A stretch of DNA of 64,000 nt, from NCBI GenBank assembly GCA_964579735.1, contig CAZOHH010000002.1, forward strand, positions 4,682-68,681, read 5' to 3'. The notes beneath the pieces are model-generated. The model saw only the letters and a program-made list of their open reading frames with translations. It searched no databases and had not been told where the DNA came from. The DNA comes from an uncultured Oscillospiraceae bacterium (GTDB lineage Bacteria > Bacillota > Clostridia > Saccharofermentanales > UBA5734). Positions 52,197 to 61,881 of the stretch are shown here, piece by piece. The position numbers were made by a program, and so were the translations under genes. Numbering within the stretch: the stretch's first letter is position 1; every line of letters starts with the position of its first letter.

Positions 52197-54938
52197 CTAC
52201 TTCGTTTCATACCAGCTGGCGCCGGCATGCACGTCGACACGAAGCGGAACCGAAAGGTCCGCAGCCTTCTCCATGCAGTCCCGGAGAAGCCGGGAGGCCT
52301 CGTCGACTTCGTCGGCCGGCGATTCGAGGATCAGTTCGTCATGGACCTGCAGGACCAGGCGTGTCTTCATTCCGCGTGCATGCAATGCGTCCGACGTTCG
52401 AACCATGGCGATCTTGATGATGTCGGCCGCGGCGCCCTGAAGAGGAGTGTTCATGGCCGCACGTTCTCCAAAGGATCGAACGCTGCGGTTCGGAGATGCC
52501 AGTTCTGGAAGCGACCTGCGCCGACCGAACAGGGTCTCTACATAACCGGTGCGTTTCGCCTCCGCTATGGTTCGATCCAGATATTCGCGAATGGATGGGA
52601 ACTGCCGGTTGTAGTCTTCGATGATGTGGCGGGCTTCCTGAAGCGATGAACCGATATCCTTGGAAAGACTGTACTCTCCGATCCCATAAAGGATTCCGAA
52701 GTTGACCGCCTTGGCACGTCCGCGCATCAGCGGAGTGACCTGGGACAACGGCACATGGAACACCTTCGCGGCAGTCTCGGCGTGGATGTCGATGTTGTTC
52801 CGGAAGGCGCGGATCATGTCGTCGTCGTTGGAAAGGTGGGCCATGAGACGCAGCTCGATCTGCGAGTAATCTGCATCGATGAGAAGCATTCCGGGCTCCG
52901 GGACGAAGGCGCGACGGATTTCACGTCCCTGTTCCATCCGGACCGGGATATTCTGGAGATTCGGGTCCGAACTGCTGAGACGACCCGTGGCCGTGGCCGT
53001 CTGATGGAAGGTGGAATGGACGCGGCCATCGGTCGGCGATACGAGGCGCAGAAGGCCATCGATGAAGGTGGCCTTGAGCTTGGCGACCTGCCGGTACTCC
53101 AGAATCAGGGGAATCGCAGCATGTCGGTCCGATATCGCCTCGAGTACGTCGGAATCGGTGGAGAATCCCGTTGCGGTCTTTCGGGCCGCAGGAAGACCCA
53201 GGCGATTGAATAGGACCTCGGCGAGTTGCTTCGGTGACTGGATGTTGAAAACCGTGCCGCAGCGGTCGAATATTTCGGTTTCCAGTTCGGCTTGACGTTG
53301 ACGTAGCGATTCGGAAAGCGTGGAGAGGATTCCCTGATCGACACGGAACCCGATCCGCTCCATCGAGGAGAGGATACCTGCGAGCGGCATCTCGACTTCT
53401 TCGAAAAGGTACCGCAGATTGCGCTCATCCATCGTCTTGCGTTGGAACCCTGCAACGACCCGGGCTTCGAATGCGGTCGCAGCCAATGCAAGCGAGGTCT
53501 TGGACAACGGTCCGTCCGCCATGGCTCCTGAAATGTGGTCGGGGTCGTCCATTCCGAGCGAGAAGAGGTCGGTCTGCGGAACGGGATGTCTCGTCTTCGT
53601 CGTGGCGGTTTCGCCCCCGGTATCGAATTCCAGATGGATTCTCCCCGTCAGAGTCTCGTACAGGGATGGCAGACTCTTCCGCGTGCTTTCCGAATCGAGC
53701 AGGTAGGCAGCGATGCCCGGATCGAAGATCCTGCGGGCCAATGCACCTCCACCCGCAGAATCGGCCAGAGACGATTTGAGGAAGGCTTTGCAATCATGTA
53801 CGGCGATGTCGTTTCCGTTGGTCTCCCCCTTCTGCTGGGGTCGTTCCATCAACAACTCGGCCATTGCCATGGGGGCTTCGCTTCCCCTGAGCAAGACGAT
53901 CGAACCCGATTCCAAGGAGACGGCTAAGGTACCGTCCTCTCCCAACGCGGCACCCGCAGGTCCGCTCGAAGTCCGAAGAGCAGTGCGGAAGGATTCGAGT
54001 CCCTCGATGGGGAGGTCGACTCCATGCGGTTCCACAGCAGCCGGATCCGCCTGGACAGCGAAACGGTCCATCAAAGACCGGAAACCGAGACGCTGGAAAA
54101 CCGGAGCGACGGCGCTGGAATCGAGCGGACGAAGCCGCAGGGCATCCATGGAAGTGTCGATGGGTACATCACGATCGATGGTCGCAAGCCAGCGGGACTG
54201 GAATGCGATATCCCGACTCTGGGTCAGTTTGGCTCCGACCGCGGGCTTCTCCCTTGTGATTTCATCGAGGGAGTCATAGACGGCGGCGAGGGATCCGTAT
54301 CGCTGGATCAGGACAAGTGCCCCCTTCTCACCGATTCCGGCTACCCCCGGGATGTTGTCGGACGAGTCCCCCATGATCGCCTTCAACTCGATCAGTTGAA
54401 GCGGCGCCATGCCGTATCTCTCACGCACGGTCGAGGGGTCATAGCGGTCCGTCTCCGTTCTACCGGCTCGGGTCGTAGGAAGAAGAACGGAAACGTTGTC
54501 GTCCACGAGCTGGAGCGCATCGCGGTCACCGGTCAGGACAAGGACCGTGAACCCATCCCGGGAAGCCTGTCTGGATAGTGTTCCGATGATGTCGTCCGCC
54601 TCGTAGCCTTCCTTCTCGACTCGAGGCACTCCCATGACATCCAGGATTTCTTTCATGAGAGGCATCTGGACCGAAAGGTCATCTGGCATCGGACGGCGTT
54701 GGGCCTTGTACTGCGGGTACTCGAGGTGCCGGAAAGTCGGCGCCTTGAGGTCGAAAGCCGCGCATACATGCGTGGCTCCCGTCTCCAGAAGAAACTTCCG
54801 GTAGATGGTCAGGAAGGCGTAGAGGGCATTCGTCGGAGTGCCATCCGGAGCCCTTAGGGCGTTCCGGCCGGTGAGCCCGAAGTAGGCCCTGTTGAGAATG
54901 CTGTTGGCATCGATGAGGAGCAAGGTGCCCTGGGTCAA
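52197..54938 (-). CDS. polA: DNA polymerase I
   Basis: 5' nuclease N-terminus (LLLIDANSILNRAYF), polymerase motif A (LIDADYSQIELR) and motif B/C (RRSLPE..QVHDELILE). Confidence 0.95.
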   Translation of the reverse strand: MTQGTLLLIDANSILNRAYFGLTGRNALRAPDGTPTNALYAFLTIYRKFLLETGATHVCAAFDLKAPTFRHLEYPQYKAQRRPMPDDLSVQMPLMKEILDVMGVPRVEKEGYEADDIIGTLSRQASRDGFTVLVLTGDRDALQLVDDNVSVLLPTTRAGRTETDRYDPSTVRERYGMAPLQLIELKAIMGDSSDNIPGVAGIGEKGALVLIQRYGSLAAVYDSLDEITREKPAVGAKLTQSRDIAFQSRWLATIDRDVPIDTSMDALRLRPLDSSAVAPVFQRLGFRSLMDRFAVQADPAAVEPHGVDLPIEGLESFRTALRTSSGPAGAALGEDGTLAVSLESGSIVLLRGSEAPMAMAELLMERPQQKGETNGNDIAVHDCKAFLKSSLADSAGGGALARRIFDPGIAAYLLDSESTRKSLPSLYETLTGRIHLEFDTGGETATTKTRHPVPQTDLFSLGMDDPDHISGAMADGPLSKTSLALAATAFEARVVAGFQRKTMDERNLRYLFEEVEMPLAGILSSMERIGFRVDQGILSTLSESLRQRQAELETEIFDRCGTVFNIQSPKQLAEVLFNRLGLPAARKTATGFSTDSDVLEAISDRHAAIPLILEYRQVAKLKATFIDGLLRLVSPTDGRVHSTFHQTATATGRLSSSDPNLQNIPVRMEQGREIRRAFVPEPGMLLIDADYSQIELRLMAHLSNDDDMIRAFRNNIDIHAETAAKVFHVPLSQVTPLMRGRAKAVNFGILYGIGEYSLSKDIGSSLQEARHIIEDYNRQFPSIREYLDRTIAEAKRTGYVETLFGRRRSLPELASPNRSVRSFGERAAMNTPLQGAAADIIKIAMVRTSDALHARGMKTRLVLQVHDELILESPADEVDEASRLLRDCMEKAADLSVPLRVDVHAGASWYETK

Positions 54939-54942
54939 TCCA

Positions 54943-55839
54943 TTACCTTCCGAGGTCCAGCATGAGGAGACGGAAGCCGCCGTCCGCGGACTCGGACACG
55001 AAAGTCTCCGCGTCGACGAGTCCTAGGGTCTTGAGTCTGTCCCCGATGTCCTCCGCGTCGATTATCTCAATACGGAAGGGGGAAGCGCAAGTGGACAGCA
55101 CCTTGGAAATCCGATCCGCGCGGTCCTGGATCGTATCCGAAGGGAGAAGCAGGAAAACGGCAAGTGAACCGTCGGATTTCTGATAAACGCGGAAGACCCT
55201 ATGATCGCCCAGCTCTCCTGAATCGACGAGGGTTCTGTAAGTGGACTGGATATCGGAATCGGCCTTGAGCGAGGAAATGGTGCCGACCTCCGAAACCGTG
55301 TAGATCAGCTTGGGCGTGGTGCAGGATTCTGGTGCGAAACCTGTCGCATCCTCCATCGCATCGGATACAGCAGCTTGGCTCACCGCATTAGGATCGTTCG
55401 AAGCACCCTTGGTGTCCGTCTGGTTCGCGGTCGGAGTAAAGAACCCGGGGGTTCCCGTATTCGGTAGGATTCCCCCCGCGACCAAGGCGGCGAACAATCC
55501 GAAAGCGAGGAAGACAGCAAAGCCTGCGGCAAGCGGTGCGTATCTCCTCGTGGAGGAACGAAGGAAGAATGGAATGGGGCGAACCAGAGATGTTTCGACG
55601 GAATCCTGTTGGATGCGGGCGATGATGCGCTCGGCAAGATCGATCGAAGGCGTCGCACCAGAACGTTCCGCCAATACCGGGGTCATAGCAGCGACGAACG
55701 CCTCGTGTTTCTTCATGTAGGCTGCACAGGAAATGCAGGTACTCAAATGGAGCAAAGGAGAGTTCCCGGAATCATCTTCCGGCATTCTTCCCTTTCGTTC
55801 CATCAGCTCTTCCCTACAACGTCTGCATGCGGTCTTCAT
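54943..55839 (-). CDS. Zinc-finger (zf-HC2/ZAS-type) anti-sigma factor, single-pass membrane protein
   Basis: H-x3-C-x2-C (HLSTCISC) near the N-terminus, TM YAPLAAGFAVFLAFGLFAALVAGGIL, and a ~170-aa extracytoplasmic domain I do not recognise. Directly follows the ECF sigma gene. Confidence 0.7.
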   Translation of the reverse strand: MKTACRRCREELMERKGRMPEDDSGNSPLLHLSTCISCAAYMKKHEAFVAAMTPVLAERSGATPSIDLAERIIARIQQDSVETSLVRPIPFFLRSSTRRYAPLAAGFAVFLAFGLFAALVAGGILPNTGTPGFFTPTANQTDTKGASNDPNAVSQAAVSDAMEDATGFAPESCTTPKLIYTVSEVGTISSLKADSDIQSTYRTLVDSGELGDHRVFRVYQKSDGSLAVFLLLPSDTIQDRADRISKVLSTCASPFRIEIIDAEDIGDRLKTLGLVDAETFVSESADGGFRLLMLDLGR

Positions 55840-55879
55840 TTGTGGTTCGTCCTCCCTTGATGCCCTTTATACGAAGGGG

Positions 55880-56506
55880 TCAATACAATCGTTCCATCTT
55901 TTTCAGAATGGCCAGCAAGGCCGCTCGCGCCCGAGCGAGGCGCGACTTGACGGTGCCCTCCCGGATGTCGAGGATGATCGCCACCTCCTGATAGGAAAGA
56001 CCTTCGATATCACGCAGCTGAAGGACCGTGCGGAATCCTTCAGGCAGCTTCCCGATCGCGCTTCGCACCTTTTCGGCAGACCATTTCTCCGCAAGGCTTT
56101 CGTCCTGCAAAGGGGACTTGTCGGGAATCTGGAAGGCGACCGACCCATCTTCTTCCTCGACGTCGGCATCCATGGAGATCCAAGGTCTCCGCGAACGCTG
56201 CCGTGCAAGGTCGATGCAGGCATTGCTGGTGATCCGGTATAGCCACGTGGAGAAGGAAGCCTTGTCGTTATAGGTGGAGATGGCGCGATACGCTTTTAGA
56301 AAGGATTCCTGCGAAGCGTCCTCGGCATCGGCGTGGTTTCCGAGCATGGAAAAACATAGCCCGAAGACTTTCTGGGAATAACGGACGACAAGTTCCTCGA
56401 AAGCCTCCCTATCGCCGGAAGAAGCCTGCGAGACCAGTGTCGTATCATCGTATCCGGTCTTCGCATCCAACCTCGGAGCACCTCCGGTGGTTTCCCATGG
56501 AATCAT
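55880..56506 (-). CDS. ECF-type RNA polymerase sigma-70 family factor
   Basis: Region 2 (REAFEELVVRYSQKVFGLCFSMLGNHADAEDASQESFLKAY) and region 4 (LRDIEGLSYQEVAIILDIREGTVKSRLARAR). Alternative TTG start at 56470 with a GGAGGTG SD. Confidence 0.85.
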   Translation of the reverse strand: MIPWETTGGAPRLDAKTGYDDTTLVSQASSGDREAFEELVVRYSQKVFGLCFSMLGNHADAEDASQESFLKAYRAISTYNDKASFSTWLYRITSNACIDLARQRSRRPWISMDADVEEEDGSVAFQIPDKSPLQDESLAEKWSAEKVRSAIGKLPEGFRTVLQLRDIEGLSYQEVAIILDIREGTVKSRLARARAALLAILKKMERLY

Positions 56507-56517
56507 TCTTGAAAAGA

Positions 56518-56526
56518 ATTATACCA
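56518..56526 (-). promoter_or_regulatory. Extended -10 (TGgTATAAT) upstream of the ECF sigma gene
   Basis: Minus strand TGGTATAAT lies 11 nt before ATG 56506. No recognisable -35. Confidence 0.4.
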
Positions 56527-56532
56527 TGACCT

Positions 56533-56567
56533 CGAAAAGAGGGCGCCTGTGGAATCGCGGCGCCCTC
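56533..56567 (-). terminator. Intrinsic terminator after ispH-rpsA
   Basis: Minus strand GAGGGCGCC-GCGATTCCACA-GGCGCCCTC followed by TTTTCG. Confidence 0.65.
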
Positions 56568-56597
56568 CTCGGGTAGCTGTCTGAGAAATGTATGGAC

Positions 56598-58625
56598 TCA
56601 GCCTTCGGTGGTCGGCTCTTCGGTCTCCCTGGGAGCGTCGACCAATTCCTGGCCTTCCTCCGGGTGCGGGGGGTCGATGGGCTCGACATCCTTGATGCTG
56701 ATGCTGATGCGGCGGGCTTCCGGATTCACGTCGAGAACTCTGGCATCGACTTCGAGACCTTCCGTCAAGACATCCCCTGGCTTGGTCAGGCGATAATTGG
56801 AGATCTGGGAGATGTGGCACAAGGCATCGACGCCAGGCGCGATCTCGATGAATGCGCCGAAGGGGAACAGCCGTACGACCTTTCCGTGAACGATCGAACC
56901 GACGGGGAACCTCTCTTCGAGCCCATGATATGGGTCTTCCTCGGTGCGCTTGAAGCCGAGGGAGATCCTCTTCTTCTCGGGATCGAAGTCCTTGACGTAG
57001 ACATCGATTTCCTCGCCTACCTTGACTACTTCGGAGGGGTGGCGAATGCGCTTCCAGGAAAGTTCGGACACATGGACGAGTCCATCCACGCCGCCGATGT
57101 CGACGAAAGCGCCGAAGTCGGTCAGGCTGCGGACGACGCCGCGGTAGGTGTTGCCACGCTCGAGAGTGGACCAGACCTCGTCGGCCTTGGCCTTGCGCTC
57201 GGTGTTGAGAAGAGCACGACGGGATCCGGAAACACGAAGACGTTTCCGGTCCGGATCGTATTGGGTGACGAGGATGTCGAATTCGCGACCCTTGTATTCC
57301 TCGAGGTTGTCTACGGGACCCATCTCGAGCTGCGTGCGGTGGATATAGATATCGACGCCGCCATAGGTGGCGATGATGCCGTCCTTGACCACGTTCACGA
57401 CCTTGACCTTGATTGCGAGCTTGTCGCGGTAGGCTTCCTCGACGAGAGCCTTGTACTTGCCGAAGTCGACGCGCGCCTTGGACAGGAGGATCTCCTTGCC
57501 CATCTCCGTGTTGCGGATGCTGCGGACGTAGACATCGATTTCGAGGTGTTCCGCCGCTGCCTTCGACAAATCGAAGTCGGGGTCTCCCTCGAATTCATGG
57601 CGGGGGATCTTCCCTTCGGACTTGTCCTTGACATCCACATAGACGCTTTCATTGTCGAAGCGGATAATCATGCCTCGAATGGTAGCGCCCCTGTGGATCT
57701 CCGGAATGTTGTCGATGAAGTCCGTGAAACTGACATCTGCGTGCTCCTGCTGACCCATGGGCTCATGCTCACTCATTTTCTGGATAACCTCCCTGATCCT
57801 GCTTTCGGACGTCGATGCCCCTGCCGTGATGCCGACCGTGGCATCCTCTGGCAAGCCTGCCGCAAGAATGGGAACCACGTCTTCGGTATGTTCGATCAGG
57901 TATGTCGCGCCACAACCACTCAAGCAGACCTCATAAAGCTTCATCGTATTCGAGCTTTTCCTGCTCCCTACGACGAGCATCACGTCCACTTGGGCGGATA
58001 TGATGCGCGCTTCCTTCTGTCTATCCTCCGTGGTCACACATATTGTATCAAAGATTTGGATATTTGCAATTCGCTTCTGGAGCACATCCCGGATTCCAAG
58101 CCATTTCGAGGAGGAGAATGTCGTTTGGGAAACCAGGATGTACGGGGAGTCTTCCAGAACGATCGACTCGGCCTCCTCGACTGTGGAAACCACGTCGGCC
58201 ATGCCCCCGCACTCCCCGACGATTCCAACCACTTCAGGATGGTCGGGAGTACCGGCGATCAGAACCCTGCTTCCCTCTTCGGCGGCCTTCCTGGCGATCC
58301 TGTGGATTCGTACGACGAAAGGGCAGGTGCAATCGACGAGGACCGTCTTCTTGTCGATGAGAGCCTCTCGGGTCGACGGAGGGATTCCATGGGTTCTGAT
58401 GAGGACGCAGGCGCCTTCGGGGACATCCTCGACGCGGTCGACTCGGGTGAACCCCTTGCGGACCAGGTCATCGACGACTTCCTCGTTGTGGATCAACGGA
58501 CCGAGCATATAGCGGACGCGGGAGTCTTGCCCGACGCTTCTGTCGTCGACCATTCCGTAGGCTTTCTGCACGGCGCTCTGGACGCCGAAGCAGAATCCGG
58601 AGGTCTTCGCGACGAGGAACTTCAT
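56598..58625 (-). CDS. ispH: Bifunctional 4-hydroxy-3-methylbut-2-enyl diphosphate reductase / ribosomal protein S1 fusion
   Basis: N-terminal ~285 aa is IspH (MKFLVAKTSGFCFGVQSAV..GPLIHN..TCPFV..SNTMKL). This is followed by four S1 repeats (..FGAFVDIGGVDGLVHVSE.., ..FGAFIEIAPGVDALCHISQ..). ATG 58625 overlaps the cmk stop (ATGA). The track extension to 59429 is rejected. Confidence 0.9.
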   Translation of the reverse strand: MKFLVAKTSGFCFGVQSAVQKAYGMVDDRSVGQDSRVRYMLGPLIHNEEVVDDLVRKGFTRVDRVEDVPEGACVLIRTHGIPPSTREALIDKKTVLVDCTCPFVVRIHRIARKAAEEGSRVLIAGTPDHPEVVGIVGECGGMADVVSTVEEAESIVLEDSPYILVSQTTFSSSKWLGIRDVLQKRIANIQIFDTICVTTEDRQKEARIISAQVDVMLVVGSRKSSNTMKLYEVCLSGCGATYLIEHTEDVVPILAAGLPEDATVGITAGASTSESRIREVIQKMSEHEPMGQQEHADVSFTDFIDNIPEIHRGATIRGMIIRFDNESVYVDVKDKSEGKIPRHEFEGDPDFDLSKAAAEHLEIDVYVRSIRNTEMGKEILLSKARVDFGKYKALVEEAYRDKLAIKVKVVNVVKDGIIATYGGVDIYIHRTQLEMGPVDNLEEYKGREFDILVTQYDPDRKRLRVSGSRRALLNTERKAKADEVWSTLERGNTYRGVVRSLTDFGAFVDIGGVDGLVHVSELSWKRIRHPSEVVKVGEEIDVYVKDFDPEKKRISLGFKRTEEDPYHGLEERFPVGSIVHGKVVRLFPFGAFIEIAPGVDALCHISQISNYRLTKPGDVLTEGLEVDARVLDVNPEARRISISIKDVEPIDPPHPEEGQELVDAPRETEEPTTEG

Positions 58626-59284
58626 GTAGTGGTCCTCTTCATGATCCTTTCGACGACTTCGTCCACGGACAGCCCGGTCGTGTCGAGCTCGAAGGCGTCC
58701 TCGGCTTTCGCAAGAGGTGCGAGAGCGCGATGCGAGTCGTTGTAGTCGCGGTACTCGATGTCGCGTCTCACCGATTCCATGTCGACGGGGGCCGTGCCCC
58801 TCGCCTCCAACTCGAGACACCTTCGCCGAGTACGTTCCTCGATCGTCGCGGATAGATATATCTTGCAGTTCGCGTGCGGAAGGACGAAGGTACCGATATC
58901 GCGTCCATCCATGACGACATCGTTCTCGGCGGCAATCCGGCGTTGCAGCTCGACGAGACGCAGGCGCACGGCAGGAATCGCGCTGATGTCCGAAGCGGCG
59001 ACGGAGGCTTCGGGGGTTCGAATCAAGTCCGTCACGTCTTCGCCATCGAGCAGGACATGCTGGGCTCCTTCGACGAACGAGATGGCGATTCCGGTGCTTC
59101 CGATCATCTCGGGAATCCTGATGCCATCCTTCGGGGAGATGCCCAGGCGGAGGGCTTTCAAGCCGGCGGCGCGGTACATGGCGCCCGTATCGATATATAT
59201 GTATCCCAGGATTCGGGCCACCTTCTTCGCCACGGTGCTCTTTCCTGCTCCAGCTGGGCCGTCGATGGCGATTGCAGTCCGCAC
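58622..59284 (-). CDS. cmk: Cytidylate kinase
   Basis: IAIDGPAGAGKSTVAK..DTGAMYR. GTG start with a GGGAGA SD. Confidence 0.93.
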   Translation of the reverse strand: MRTAIAIDGPAGAGKSTVAKKVARILGYIYIDTGAMYRAAGLKALRLGISPKDGIRIPEMIGSTGIAISFVEGAQHVLLDGEDVTDLIRTPEASVAASDISAIPAVRLRLVELQRRIAAENDVVMDGRDIGTFVLPHANCKIYLSATIEERTRRRCLELEARGTAPVDMESVRRDIEYRDYNDSHRALAPLAKAEDAFELDTTGLSVDEVVERIMKRTTT

Positions 59285-60189
59285 TAGTCGGTCTCCCTGC
59301 GGCCGGTTTCGATTGCCGAGCCGTCATCCTTTTCGTAGACCTGGTAATCGTCCCAGATTCTCTCGAGTTTCTCGAAGGTCTTGCCGACATGGTCGCGTCG
59401 TCTGAGTCCGACGGCCACGATGAGGGCATTGATAAGGCTCAGTGGAGCGACGAGGGAGTCGACGAAGGAAGCCATGTCGCTGGGGGCGAGAAGGCAGCAA
59501 TCGGCGTTGCGGGAGACCGGAGTATCGGGTTTATCCGTGATGGCGACAACGGCAGCTCCGCTCGTCCGGGCATAGGTCATGGCCTTGATGGTACGCTTAG
59601 AATAGCGTGGAAAGCTGATGGCGATCACGACGTCACCAGGTCCAGCGGGCAGGATCTGTTCGAACATTTCGCTGACGCTGGTGGTATGTACTAGGCGTAT
59701 GTTCTCGAAGATCAGGTTGAAGTAGAATCCGAGGAATGCCGCCAGAGGAGCCGAACTCCGCACGCCGAGGATATAGATGCGGCGGGCTTCGAGGACCATT
59801 CCGACAGCGCGGTCGAACGCGATCCCATCGACGGTCTCGTGGAAGGTCCTCAGCTTGTCGAGATCGGACTGGATGACACTGTGGAGGACATCCCTTTCAT
59901 CCGAGACCATGACGGAGGAGTTGAGGCGCTGGACGGCGGTCAGTCGACCCTTCAGGTCTTCCTGCAGCGTTCGCTGGAAGTGCGGATACCCGTCGAATCC
60001 AAGCTCCATGGCGAAGCGCACGACCGTGGATTCGCTTACGCCTGCCTCGTCGCCGATGCGCGCGGCCGTCATATAGGCGGCATGTTCGTAGTGTTCCACG
60101 ATATATCGGGCGATCGCACGATGACCCTTGCTCATGCCGGGCATCGCGGCTCCGATCGTGCCGATCAGGTTCGTATTCGTCCTGTCCAT
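59284..60189 (-). CDS. MurR/RpiR-family transcriptional regulator (HTH + SIS domain)
   Basis: HTH (AARIGDEAGVSESTVVRFAMELGFDGY) and a SIS domain (IYILGVRSSAPLA..). GGAGGAAAG SD before ATG 60189. Stop overlaps the cmk GTG by 1 nt (TAGTG). Confidence 0.85.
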   Translation of the reverse strand: MDRTNTNLIGTIGAAMPGMSKGHRAIARYIVEHYEHAAYMTAARIGDEAGVSESTVVRFAMELGFDGYPHFQRTLQEDLKGRLTAVQRLNSSVMVSDERDVLHSVIQSDLDKLRTFHETVDGIAFDRAVGMVLEARRIYILGVRSSAPLAAFLGFYFNLIFENIRLVHTTSVSEMFEQILPAGPGDVVIAISFPRYSKRTIKAMTYARTSGAAVVAITDKPDTPVSRNADCCLLAPSDMASFVDSLVAPLSLINALIVAVGLRRRDHVGKTFEKLERIWDDYQVYEKDDGSAIETGRRETD

Positions 60190-60277
60190 CTTTCCTCCGG
60201 ATCGGAAGGGATAGCTTGCGCGAGGATGATTATATCGGAAAGCGGGATTCGAGGAAACCACCAGGGTCGCGGTTCGC

Positions 60278-61009
60278 CTATGGAACTATCGGAAGCGCGA
60301 CAGGGCTTGCGGCCATGAGCGCTTCCACTTCGCGGGGCGAGAGCGAACGGCTTCGGCCGGGCGCGAGGTCACCGAGTCGAAGGGGTCCATATCCGGTGCG
60401 GCAAAGGGACAGGGCAGGCAGTCCAACGGCATCGAGCATCCGACGGACTTGACGGTTCCTTCCTTCGTGGATGCGGAACTCGAGGACGGCGTTCGTTTCA
60501 CCCGCCATCAGGATCGTGACGACGGCAGGAGCGGTGGGACGGCCGTCGATGAGGATGCCCTCGCGGAGACGGCGAAGCGCGCCTTCGTCCGGGATTCCCT
60601 GCACACGGGCTTCGTAGGTCTTCACGACCTCACTGGACGGGTGGGTCATCCGATGTGCGAAAGCGCCGTCGTCGGTGAGCAGAAGCAGTCCGGATGTATC
60701 GAAGTCGAGGCGGCCCACGGGATAGAGCCGTCTTCCCTCGGTATCGATGAGATCCAGGACGCAGGTCCGGCCCTGGGGGTCGTGGACGGTCGACATGACG
60801 CCGATGGGTTTATGGAGGAGAATGTGGACAGGCCGTACGACGGGGTGCACGGGCTTTCCCTCGAAGCGGACATCGTCCGATTCGGTTACATCTCGAGCGG
60901 GATCCCGGACGACCTCGCCATTGACCGTGACCGCTCCGGAGGCCACGAGCTCCTCGGATGCCCTGCGGGATGCGACGCCGGCATGTGCGAGATACTTCTG
61001 GAGTCTCAT
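60278..61009 (-). CDS. rluB: Pseudouridine synthase, RsuA/RluB family
   Basis: S4 domain (MRLQKYLAHAGVASRRASEELV) and the catalytic motif VGRLDFDTSGLLLLTDDG. Confidence 0.9.
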   Translation of the reverse strand: MRLQKYLAHAGVASRRASEELVASGAVTVNGEVVRDPARDVTESDDVRFEGKPVHPVVRPVHILLHKPIGVMSTVHDPQGRTCVLDLIDTEGRRLYPVGRLDFDTSGLLLLTDDGAFAHRMTHPSSEVVKTYEARVQGIPDEGALRRLREGILIDGRPTAPAVVTILMAGETNAVLEFRIHEGRNRQVRRMLDAVGLPALSLCRTGYGPLRLGDLAPGRSRSLSPREVEALMAASPVALPIVP

Positions 61010-61881
61010 TCTTCATCCTTTCCCGAACCGAAGAAAGCTTGCGAAAGCTCGAGGATCTCCTTCGGGTCCGATGGGGTCAGGGGTTCGTCGACTTCTTCCT
61101 GGATACCGGAAGGAATCACGATCTGATCGATGGTGATCTGGTTGTCTTTCCGATTTCCTGCGGCCTCTTCCAATTGGATTTCAATCTCGCGGAGAGTTCC
61201 GTACATCATCATCTCCATGGATGGGAGGTCGTGGACGCTGCGGAGGCCGAATTCCTGGAGGAAGTCCTCCGTCGTCTCGAACAGTGTCGGACGACCCGGG
61301 GCATCCAGCGTACCCGCTTCACGGACAAGCCCCCGTTCGATCAGGCGGGAGACGATGCTGTCGCTGCCGACTCCGCGGATGCTCTCGATCTGGGAGCGGG
61401 TCGCAGGCTGATTGTATGCGATGATGGCGAGTGTTTCATAGGCCGCCTGGGTCAATGGAGGGCGACTGCGAGGCTGGTATAGTCTTCGTAGCGATTCGAT
61501 CGTGGTGGGCTTCGTGGTAAGGAACCAAGCTCCGTCGGCTTCGCGGACCATGAGTCCGCGTCGTGGGTCGGAAGCCGACTTCTCCTCCATCTCCTGAAGT
61601 GTTTTCCGCAGCCGCTCCTTTTCGATTCCGGTAGCGTCCACCAGGCGGTCTATCCCGATGGGCTCGCCAGAGGCGAAAAGCAGGGCTTCCAGGACGGCGT
61701 GAAGGTCCTCCTGAGCGACACGGAACGTATCGGAATCGAGTACCAACGGAATCTCCAGAAGAAGAGACCCGACGTCCTGGTACTCCATGCCGGCCAGCGC
61801 GACCGGGTCGACGTGCTCCTCGGACTCGATGGACACGACGGGCTCGTCCTGGTCCTGGATCATCATCGATACTCCTTCCAT
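61006..61881 (-). CDS. scpB: Segregation and condensation protein B
   Basis: LEALLFASGEPI..QAAYETLAIIAYNQPATRSQIESIRGV..GRPTLFETT, with N- and C-terminal extensions. The exact start is uncertain (ATGs at 61881, 61866, 61863). Confidence 0.85.
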   Translation of the reverse strand: MEGVSMMIQDQDEPVVSIESEEHVDPVALAGMEYQDVGSLLLEIPLVLDSDTFRVAQEDLHAVLEALLFASGEPIGIDRLVDATGIEKERLRKTLQEMEEKSASDPRRGLMVREADGAWFLTTKPTTIESLRRLYQPRSRPPLTQAAYETLAIIAYNQPATRSQIESIRGVGSDSIVSRLIERGLVREAGTLDAPGRPTLFETTEDFLQEFGLRSVHDLPSMEMMMYGTLREIEIQLEEAAGNRKDNQITIDQIVIPSGIQEEVDEPLTPSDPKEILELSQAFFGSGKDEE

